From Bacteroidales bacterium (GTDB lineage Bacteria; Bacteroidota; Bacteroidia; Bacteroidales; VadinHA17), in the NCBI GenBank assembly GCA_029210565.1, contig JARGFQ010000005.1, forward strand, positions 675 through 64,674: a DNA stretch of 64,000 bases. The letters run 5' to 3'. The translations under genes and the position numbers were made by a program. Shown here piece by piece: positions 16,501-23,080 of the stretch (position 1 is its first letter; every line of letters starts with the position of its first letter). The notes under the pieces were generated by a model, which was not told where the DNA came from, made no database searches, and saw only the letters and a list, made by a program, of their open reading frames with translations.

Positions 16501-18240
16501 TACGAAAAGAACAAGGGCAAGATCGTCGAGTTCGATGAGACTTTGATACTTGAGGAGAGCAATATCATCCAGCTCTCTCCGGGTGCGTTGGGTGGCAAGG
16601 GTCGGGGACTGGCCTTTATTCATACGCTGATATACAACTTTGACATTGCCAATTATGTCCCGGGGATAAACATCAAGGCGCCGAGGACCTTTATTATCGG
16701 GACTAACGAGTTTGAGGATTTTCTCGATAACAACAAGCTGCGGAACAAGATCTATTCCGAGACCAATTACGAAACCATCAAGAAGCTGTTCGTTGAGGGC
16801 AAGCTTTCGCAGCCGCTTGTCAAGAAGTTGCAGGTCATCCTGGAGAAGATAACCAAACCTCTGGCTGTCAGGTCTTCAGGACTGTTCGAGGACTCACTGA
16901 TGCAGCCTTTTGCCGGTATCTTTGAGACCTATCTGCTGCCCAACAGCAATAACGATGTCAAAGTCAGGCTGAAGCAGCTGACTGACGCTATCAAGCTTGT
17001 CTATGCCTCCATCTATTCGGAGACGGCCAGGGGTTATATCAGCGCCATCAACTACAAGATCGAGGAGGAGAAGATGGCGGTGATAATACAGGAGGTAGTG
17101 GGAGAGCAGTATGAAAATGTCTATTATCCTCATATCAGCGGCGTGAGCCAGTCGTACAACTATTACCCTTACGGGTACATGCAGCCTGAAGACGGTTTTG
17201 CGGTCATTGCTGTTGGGCTCGGCACCTATGTGGTGGAGGGGGAGAAGGCGTTCCGGTTCTCACCGAAATACCCGAACCTGGAGAACAACACCCCCAAGGA
17301 TCAGTATCTCAATTCTCAGGTTGAATTTTTTGCCGTGGACCTCGACAAGAAGGAGTTCAACCTGCTTGAGGGCGATACAGTCGGGCTGTCGCGGCTGAGC
17401 ATTGAGGATGCCGAGCGACACGGAGCGATAAAGCACTGTGCATCGGTCTATTCAGCCGAAGCGAAGACCATCTACCCTGGCATAGACAAGGCCGGCCCGA
17501 GGGTCATCAATTTTGCCGACATTCTGAAATATGACTACATACCACTGGCTAAATCGCTGGTTGAAATCCTTGATATCGTCAAGGAGGCACTGGGTACTCC
17601 GGTGGAAATCGAGTTTGCGGTTGACCTGACAAGGGACAGTGATTACAAGGCCTCGTTCCACCTGCTTCAGATCAAGCCCATCATAGGGGCGGCGATCGAT
17701 TATGAGGTAAACATGGATGAGATAGACAGATCGCAGATCCTGCTGTATACCGAGAAGAGTATGGGCAACGGAATGATCAGCAATATCCGTGACGTGATAT
17801 ATGTTGACAAGGATACCTTTGACAAGTCGAAAACCTTGGAGATTGCCGGAGAGATAGACGCCTTCAATGCTGAAATGATCAAATCAGACAGGCAGTATAT
17901 ACTTCTCGGGCCGGGCAGATGGGGTACACGTGACAGGTGGATAGGCATTCCGGTCACGTGGCCTCAGATATGCAATGCAAAGGTGATCATTGAAACCGGT
18001 CTTGAGGACTTCCCGCTGGATGCCTCATCGGGATCACACTTCTTTCACAATGTGACCTCGATGAATGTCGGGTATTTCTCCGTTCAGCACAACCAGAAGA
18101 ACTCCGTTCTCAACTGGGAGATACTTGGCAGGCAGAAGGTGGTTAAGCAGAGGAATTATGTGAGGCACGTTCAGTTTAAAAACAGCCTTACCGTGAAGAT
18201 GGACGGCAAGAAGAGGATTTCCGTCATCACCTGGGAATGA
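13564..18240 (+). CDS. Four GAF-like sensor modules + receiver-like x2 + PEP/pyruvate-binding (ATP-grasp) protein with GPGRWG C-terminal domain (long paralogue)
   Basis: Receiver-like block: ILLVEDS...CLITDVKF. ATP-grasp motifs: GGKGRGLAFI, LAVRSSGLFEDSLMQPFAGIFETY, EEEKMAVIIQEVVG, VEIEFA, LLQIKPI. C-terminal motifs are GPGRWGTRDRWIGIPVTW and SSGSHFFHN. It is divergent from gdhA across a 156-bp spacer. Confidence 0.8.
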   Translation: MKTEDISKLQKEMQKLLAEKIQSQKGLSIIYTINKVISRKSSIDKTLNEIVGEITKAWQFSEYCHARIKYDGQEYRLPGFRETRWIQKQIFETYDKKWGAIDVFYTKQFPKADEGPFLHEERQLLENIATIVSNYLNSQQGAEQKDEGDQDVTLKLERSRRLSEEKNIEDALSQISRNMPKSWQYPEHAVARILYDGKEYLSSDKDFSDSQLSLKEEFTTINHKSGTIELHYLKGFPATLEESYLRSEEELLGNMANLITGFINIIKGNEIRQPADREEEGGGKKADNRIFASINEISKRLRSGTFIESTLNEILEVIPRAFRFPDEIRCRIIYEDLEFSSPRLSETSFYITAAFKTITGKSGSVQVFYTGEGLPDGEEPFLEEEKQYVETLALLISGFINLICGLDSVLATEEGMKEILYEKTERIKELACINQTTSILQAEKSVEKALKQIVYILPDAWQYPENTVARISFDNNEYMSPNFTVTKWRQRQPFLTIDDKFGEVEIYYTKEFPDLDEGPFMKEERDLINNISTLICNYLNSVQGEVAIKKYRSDEELKEKYQAARDYLLNKRKLLQNFLEKNNYDRDIFHDLMKFKVKEILIISNLYDAYSLEREGKFSDYILGVYYQLNLTSIPRITGVSSFEEAFEKLYAKHYDLIIIMVGVDRKTPLEIASKLKALYQYIPIYLLLNNNQYVGYFQEEQKKTSLIDNVFVWNGDSRIFFAMVKQLEDFVNVDNDTRVGYSRIILLVEDSAKYYSRYIPLLYHCVMEQTRRIIEDVSPMDELYKVLRLRVRPKILMASNYEEAIQIFNKYKDFFLCLITDVKFDKNSKFDENAGFELVSYVKSEIPDLPTIIQSSDRSNEKMAKDLNCVFIHKNSDTLAQDIRAFISYNLGFGDFIYQDETGRTIGTARNMNEFEEQLQYIPTETLLYHARRNHFSLWLTARGEIQLAREIAPKKTSDFKDPESLRDYLVKIVKQLKYEKNKGKIVEFDETLILEESNIIQLSPGALGGKGRGLAFIHTLIYNFDIANYVPGINIKAPRTFIIGTNEFEDFLDNNKLRNKIYSETNYETIKKLFVEGKLSQPLVKKLQVILEKITKPLAVRSSGLFEDSLMQPFAGIFETYLLPNSNNDVKVRLKQLTDAIKLVYASIYSETARGYISAINYKIEEEKMAVIIQEVVGEQYENVYYPHISGVSQSYNYYPYGYMQPEDGFAVIAVGLGTYVVEGEKAFRFSPKYPNLENNTPKDQYLNSQVEFFAVDLDKKEFNLLEGDTVGLSRLSIEDAERHGAIKHCASVYSAEAKTIYPGIDKAGPRVINFADILKYDYIPLAKSLVEILDIVKEALGTPVEIEFAVDLTRDSDYKASFHLLQIKPIIGAAIDYEVNMDEIDRSQILLYTEKSMGNGMISNIRDVIYVDKDTFDKSKTLEIAGEIDAFNAEMIKSDRQYILLGPGRWGTRDRWIGIPVTWPQICNAKVIIETGLEDFPLDASSGSHFFHNVTSMNVGYFSVQHNQKNSVLNWEILGRQKVVKQRNYVRHVQFKNSLTVKMDGKKRISVITWE
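13645..15190 (+). repeat. Four tandem ~110-130-aa GAF-like sensor modules (coding repeat)
   Basis: The recurrent signature is AWQFSEYCHARIKYDGQEY / SWQYPEHAVARILYDGKEY / AFRFPDEIRCRIIYEDLEF / AWQYPENTVARISFDNNEY. Modules 1, 3 and 4 each end ...DEGPF[LM].EE..L...I...I; module 2 ends with the more divergent LEESYLRSEEELLGNMANLI. Confidence 0.7.
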
Positions 18241-18352
18241 AGTGATTTGCGATTTGCGAATTCGGTTAAATCGACAATCAAAAATTCCTCACTACTACCT
18301 ATTGCCTCATTTAATAAAATCGACAATCGAAAATCTGAAATCGCAAATCACT
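18241..18352. repeat. 112-bp spacer bracketed by a perfect 15-bp inverted repeat and filled with AAATCG(A)CAA(A)TC 12-mers
   Basis: AGTGATTTGCGATTT (18241..18255) pairs with AAATCGCAAATCACT (18338..18352). AAATCGACAATC occurs at 18268..18279 and 18317..18328, with inverted copies at 18244..18255 and 18251..18262. The unit lies exactly between two convergent stop codons. Confidence 0.75.
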
Positions 18353-19472
18353 ACAGCTCCTTCTGATAGATGCGGAACTTTTTGACCACTTTGCAGCCTA
18401 TGCGCTCGTATTCGCCTCTCATCTTGGCGTTATCCTCAAGGACGAGGTGGCTGTCGAGGGTCTCCATTTTGCTGTAAATGGCATCCTGCAGGATCTTTAC
18501 ACCCATCATGACATCTATGCCTTTTCCCCTGTATTCCTTTTTCACCCCGCCGAGCATCATTATCAGCTTCCTTGACCGCTTTGATTCCCTGAGCACCCTG
18601 AATATGCCAAACGGAAGAAGTCGCCCGCGGCACGCCTTTATCCCCTTGCTCAGGTCGGGCAGGCCTATGGCAAAACCGATCAGCTGATCGTCTTTTTCAA
18701 CGACCTTGATGAATTTCGGGTCAAGGATCGGAAGATAGCGGGCGGCAAAGTCTGTCTTCTCCTTATCAGTCAGAGGCACAAAACCGTAAATCTCGGCGAA
18801 GGTCTCGTTCATCAGCTCGAGAACACGGATAATATAGGGCTTAAGTTTCTTCTTGCTCGGGAATTCGGTGATTTTGAATTCCCCTGTCCTCCTGACTCTT
18901 TCAAGTATCCTTTCATATACTTCCGGGAAGACTCTCGGGAGTTCTCCCAGGTAATTGACCAGGTCCACCTTTTTGGTGTAGCCCTCGTTCTCAATGAGGG
19001 TCACCATGTATGGTGAATTATTGGCGGATGTGATGAACTGGGGATATTCAAATCCTTCGATCTGAAATCCCTGCGGGTCCTTGTCGGAGAAACCCAGTGG
19101 CCCGACAATCCTGGTCATTCCGTTTTGGCGGATCCACCCCTCGACATGGCTTATGAGGGCATGAAACACCTCCTTGTCGTTATAGCATTCCATGAAGCAG
19201 AATCTGCCATGGTTTTCATTATTGATCTGATTGTATCTTTTATTAATCAGTCCCATGATGCGGCCAACCGGCTTGCCGTCCCTGTATGCCAGCAGCAGTA
19301 TTGCGTCAGCATAGCTGAAAGATTTGTTCTTCTTTCGGTCGAAGAGCTCCCATTCATCCATATAAATGGGCGGGAGCCATTCCGGCTCGTCTCTGTGAAC
19401 TTTTTCAGGCAGATAGATGAAGTCACGGAGCTCTTTCCGTGTAATCACCTCTTTGATTGTTATTTCACCCAT
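18351..19472 (-). CDS. GNAT-fold acyl-CoA N-acyltransferase-like protein (uncharacterised ~370-aa family)
   Basis: The C-terminal region GGVKKEYRGKGIDVMMGVKILQDA resembles GNAT motif A (R-x-x-G-x-G). The gene is third in a tight minus-strand operon. Confidence 0.55.
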   Translation of the reverse strand: MGEITIKEVITRKELRDFIYLPEKVHRDEPEWLPPIYMDEWELFDRKKNKSFSYADAILLLAYRDGKPVGRIMGLINKRYNQINNENHGRFCFMECYNDKEVFHALISHVEGWIRQNGMTRIVGPLGFSDKDPQGFQIEGFEYPQFITSANNSPYMVTLIENEGYTKKVDLVNYLGELPRVFPEVYERILERVRRTGEFKITEFPSKKKLKPYIIRVLELMNETFAEIYGFVPLTDKEKTDFAARYLPILDPKFIKVVEKDDQLIGFAIGLPDLSKGIKACRGRLLPFGIFRVLRESKRSRKLIMMLGGVKKEYRGKGIDVMMGVKILQDAIYSKMETLDSHLVLEDNAKMRGEYERIGCKVVKKFRIYQKEL

Positions 19473-19505
19473 GTCAGTCAGGTTGTAGATAAGGTTTGGA
19501 GCGGG

Positions 19506-20219
19506 TTAAAGCTCCTGCTTCTCTTTTTTGTCAATGTCATCAGCCACCCGGAGCAGTTTTCTGGTATCGATTACATTGAAAATAAAGAGGGCAACCACCA
19601 CCACCCCTGCAGAATAGAGCAGAGAGCCGGGAAGGAAGACCTCGGCCACCATAATTATACCTATGATGATCCTCACCTCTGTCGGGCCCATCAGTCCGGA
19701 GTCGATGGAGTACTTGCCGGTAATCTTATACCTGAGAAGGGAGATGATCATCTCCCATCCGTACATGACCACAAAACCGTATCCGAAAAGCTCCCAGACA
19801 CCTTCGACATAAAAAATATAACCAAATCCGATCAGAAAAATGCCTATCCAGTCAATTGTAATATCGAGTGCAAATCCGTAAAGTTTCCTTGGCTTTTTCC
19901 TGTAGTAAGCGAGCCTTCCGTCAAGTGAATCCCCAAACCAGCTGATCATAAAACCAAGTAGTCCCAGAAGAAGGAAACTCCTGCTGAAGTAAGCTGCCAG
20001 GATAAAGCTGCCTGCCACAATAATATTGCCGAAGAAGCCGATTGCAGTCAAAAGATTGGAGCTGACGAATGGAGGGATCCGCTGAACGAGCCATGAGATG
20101 GCAATCTGCTCCTGCTTCTTTAGCAGGTTGGTTCTTGCCCTGTCACTGAAGACGGATTTGATCACGCCCCCGTTTAGCAGTGATTTCAGTGATTTTTTGT
20201 TGGAGTTTTCCTCGTACAT
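19506..20219 (-). CDS. CDP-alcohol phosphatidyltransferase family membrane protein
   Basis: The ATG at 20219 is used because the longer ORF-track start would overlap the upstream gene. The motif is GDSLDGRLAYYRKKPRKLYGFALDITID (D-x2-DG-x2-A...G-x3-D-x3-D, with the canonical Arg replaced by Tyr). The protein is multi-TM. Confidence 0.8.
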   Translation of the reverse strand: MYEENSNKKSLKSLLNGGVIKSVFSDRARTNLLKKQEQIAISWLVQRIPPFVSSNLLTAIGFFGNIIVAGSFILAAYFSRSFLLLGLLGFMISWFGDSLDGRLAYYRKKPRKLYGFALDITIDWIGIFLIGFGYIFYVEGVWELFGYGFVVMYGWEMIISLLRYKITGKYSIDSGLMGPTEVRIIIGIIMVAEVFLPGSLLYSAGVVVVALFIFNVIDTRKLLRVADDIDKKEKQEL

Positions 20220-20229
20220 CACTACAGCT

Positions 20230-21093
20230 TTAGAGTGCCATAAGATTAAGCATTTTTCCCGGGATAAATGATGCCGGCATGGGCATTTCATATACCTGAT
20301 CCCGAAGAAAAGATCCAAATGACACATTATCAGCAAATTGCTGCTGCTCTTCAACCGATATCAGATTGCCTATCCCGATACGTGGCTTCCCTCCCTGTTT
20401 GTTAAAAACCTCGGAAGGGAGCCTGAGAATACGGATTCTCCAGTTTATGAGACCCAGGAAGTAGAAGAAGGCGGAGTTACCGTCGAAGAAGCGAACCGGC
20501 AGTATGGGTACTTTAACGGACCGGATCACGTGCAGTATGCTCTCCTGCCATCGCCTGTCCCTGACACGCATATCTCTCAGGCTGAAGTCGGAGACGGCAC
20601 CTGACGGGAAGAAGCCGGCGGGGTGGCCGTTACGAATGTGTTCAAGTGTCTCGCGTACTCCCCTGAGGCTGGCGGCTTTTACGCCCGTCTTTTTATTGCC
20701 GGCGGGGGTCACCGAAATGAAATTATCATTTAGAGTTTTTATGCTTGAAAGCAGCTTGTTGACCATGAACCTGTAATCGGGCCGCAGCCGCGCAAACAGG
20801 TCGATCGTCATGATCCCGTCCAGGCCTCCGTAAGGGTGATTAGAAACGGTGATGAAGGCTCCGTCAGGCAATTCCTTGAGTCTCCCGGCATTGCCTACAA
20901 CATAGCTGACACCTATGTCATCAAGAAGCCGGGAGGTAAATTCGGCACCGGTGTAGGCGCCCGAGTGATCATATACCCAATTGACCTTGTCAATCGCCAG
21001 CAGCCGAATTATAAATTCAGCGAGGCGCTGCCCCCTCTCACCCCTGAAGAGTGAAGAGAGGGTTTCGAACTCTTTTGCGTCTACTACCTTCAT
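20230..21093 (-). CDS. Lysophospholipid (PlsC/OlsA-like) acyltransferase
   Basis: The ATG at 21093 gives MKVVDAKEFETL.... The acyltransferase block is ITVSNHPYGGLDG and a later block is FFPSGAVS. The ORF-track start at 21273 is an extension through the promoter region. Confidence 0.7.
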   Translation of the reverse strand: MKVVDAKEFETLSSLFRGERGQRLAEFIIRLLAIDKVNWVYDHSGAYTGAEFTSRLLDDIGVSYVVGNAGRLKELPDGAFITVSNHPYGGLDGIMTIDLFARLRPDYRFMVNKLLSSIKTLNDNFISVTPAGNKKTGVKAASLRGVRETLEHIRNGHPAGFFPSGAVSDFSLRDMRVRDRRWQESILHVIRSVKVPILPVRFFDGNSAFFYFLGLINWRIRILRLPSEVFNKQGGKPRIGIGNLISVEEQQQFADNVSFGSFLRDQVYEMPMPASFIPGKMLNLMAL

Positions 21094-21104
21094 GGCGGAG
21101 TATA

Positions 21105-21112
21105 CAAAAATA
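21105..21112 (-). promoter_or_regulatory. Candidate -7 box (TATTTTTG) of the acyltransferase operon
   Basis: The plus-strand CAAAAATA is the reverse complement of TAnnTTTG and lies 12 nt upstream of the ATG at 21093. Confidence 0.35.
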
Positions 21113-21118
21113 GCAATT

Positions 21119-21231
21119 ATCTGAAAGCAGTGGCAGCCGGCAGTATCTGATAATACAGATCTGAAGGTATCCCGTGCCGGCAGGCATCTGACAAGGTTTG
21201 TCTGAAGATATCCTGTACAATCAGCATCTGA
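21119..21231 (+). promoter_or_regulatory. Array of five exact ATCTGA hexamers (plus one GTCTGA) in the divergent promoter region
   Basis: ATCTGA occurs at 21119, 21145, 21159, 21186 and 21226, and GTCTGA at 21200. The last two sit in a 21-bp direct repeat GCATCTGA[CT]AAG[GA]TTTGTCTG (21184..21204 and 21224..21244). Confidence 0.6.
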
Positions 21232-21358
21232 TAAGATTTGTCTGGTGGCAGCCTGCGCAATCAGCCTCTTCACAGGTTTTACTGATTCTTTACCGGCACA
21301 GGGAATACATTGGCTGGCTGCAGTCGCCGTTCTCTGGCAAAGGGTAATTTAATTAATG

Positions 21359-21366
21359 TATATTTG
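21359..21366 (+). promoter_or_regulatory. Candidate -7 box (TATATTTG) for the GH20 gene
   Basis: It matches TAnnTTTG exactly and lies 64 nt upstream of the ATG at 21430. Confidence 0.35.
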
Positions 21367-21429
21367 AATGCAGAACGCTCTGTCGGCTGGCAGCCGCTCA
21401 GGAAGAGTAACGAAACGATTTTTACTAAA

Positions 21430-22998
21430 ATGAAAAGCAGACATCTTATTACAGTGATTATGGCATTTGTTGCAATAATAAGCCAGACTGGCTGCACATC
21501 AGAACCCACCGATCTCACCGTAAACAGCATTATACCTAAACCGGTATTCGTGGAGGCAGCGGGTGGGACCTACAGGCTGACCTGGCATTCAGACATTTAC
21601 GTTCAGGATGGGTCGGAGGAGATGATCAGGCTTGGCAACTACCTTGCTGACAGGCTTAATCCGGCTACAGGACTGGGCATGGAGGTAATCTCTTCCGGAG
21701 CCAAGCCTGGCCGCGGCGACATTTTGCTTTCTCTGGACGACGGCGGAGAAGAGCTGGGCGATGAGGGTTATGAACTAAATATTTCCGAAAAAGGCCTATC
21801 CGTGAAAGCGAACAAGCCGGCCGGTATCTTTTACGGTATCCAGACTATCAGACAGCTGCTGCCAGCGAAGATAGAAGAGGCTACAGCACAGGAGGGATCG
21901 TGGGGGATTGCCACAGGCACAATACGTGATTACCCCCTCTATTCCTATCGCGGGGCAATGCGCGATGTGGCCCGCCATTTCTTCAGCATGGACGACATCA
22001 AGATCTTCATCGACCAGATGGCAGCCTATAAGATGAACGTCCTGCATCTTCACCTTAGTGACGACCAGGGATGGAGGATCGAGATTAAATCGTGGCCCAA
22101 CCTTACTGAACATGGAGCCAAAACTGAAGTCGGAGGGGGCGAGGGCGGATTCTATACCCAGGAGCAGTATTCCGATATTGTCAGTTATGCACAGGAGAGA
22201 TATGTGACCGTAATTCCCGAGCTAGACATGCCGGGCCATATCAATGCCGCACTGGCCTCCTATCCCTGTCTTAATGTCGGCGGTAAGGCAACAGAGCTCT
22301 ATACGGGGATCAATGTAGGGTTCAGCACACTTGATACGAGGTCTGATGTAACATACAAATTCGTGGATGATGTCATACGTGAGCTGGCAGCCCTGACACC
22401 CGGCCCCTTCATTCATATCGGCGGTGATGAATCACACTCTACCAAACTCAATGACTACGTATACTTTGTCAACAGGGTGCAGGATATTGTGACATCTCAC
22501 GGGAAACGTATTCTTGGGTGGGATGAGATTGCCCATGCCACACTGAAACCCAATTCCGTGGTACAGTACTGGGCCAGGGCAGAAAATGCAGTCAGAGGAG
22601 TGGCGCAGGGAGCGCAGGTTCTCATGTCTCCATCGAAATATGCTTATATTGATATGCAATATGATTCGACGAGCATTTACGGTTTGCACTGGGCCGGCTA
22701 CATCGAGGTCGACCACGGATACAACTGGGATCCGGCCACGCTGGTTCCAGAGATAAAAAAGGAGAACATCATAGGTATTGAGGCACCGCTATGGTCTGAG
22801 ACGGTGTCTGACCGTGCCGAGGCAGAATATCTGCTCTTCCCGAGGCTTCCGGGTTATGCCGAGATAGGCTGGACACCTGCGGAGATGCGCAGCTGGGACG
22901 AGTACAAGGTACGGCTGGCAGATCATGGCGAAAGGATGAAAGTCATGGGTATCGGCTTCTTTCCTTCCGGCAGGGTGGAATGGAAGCAGCAGGACTAG
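21430..22998 (+). CDS. GH20 beta-N-acetylhexosaminidase (lipoprotein)
   Basis: The ATG at 21430 gives MKSRHLITVIMAFVAIISQTGCTSE. GH20 motifs are present: HLHLSDDQGWRIEIKSWPNLT and the catalytic D-E pair in HIGGDESH. Confidence 0.9.
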   Translation: MKSRHLITVIMAFVAIISQTGCTSEPTDLTVNSIIPKPVFVEAAGGTYRLTWHSDIYVQDGSEEMIRLGNYLADRLNPATGLGMEVISSGAKPGRGDILLSLDDGGEELGDEGYELNISEKGLSVKANKPAGIFYGIQTIRQLLPAKIEEATAQEGSWGIATGTIRDYPLYSYRGAMRDVARHFFSMDDIKIFIDQMAAYKMNVLHLHLSDDQGWRIEIKSWPNLTEHGAKTEVGGGEGGFYTQEQYSDIVSYAQERYVTVIPELDMPGHINAALASYPCLNVGGKATELYTGINVGFSTLDTRSDVTYKFVDDVIRELAALTPGPFIHIGGDESHSTKLNDYVYFVNRVQDIVTSHGKRILGWDEIAHATLKPNSVVQYWARAENAVRGVAQGAQVLMSPSKYAYIDMQYDSTSIYGLHWAGYIEVDHGYNWDPATLVPEIKKENIIGIEAPLWSETVSDRAEAEYLLFPRLPGYAEIGWTPAEMRSWDEYKVRLADHGERMKVMGIGFFPSGRVEWKQQD

Positions 22999-23080
22999 CA
23001 GGTTTAATGCCGGATGGAAGTGGCATATCATGCCGTAAACAGGACATAGACATTACATAACTTTGAAATAACTTTCCACT

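Noticed and set aside
21094-21273. N-terminal extensions proposed by the ORF track for several genes (starts at 1144, 4478, 20354, 21273, 21310, 24535, 27966, 36677, 44294, 50414, 51221 and 61029)
   Set aside because: The extensions start at TTG/GTG or distant ATG codons and run through promoter regions or into the neighbouring gene. They precede obvious signal peptides or conserved N-termini, so internal ATG starts (GTG for truB) were chosen instead.
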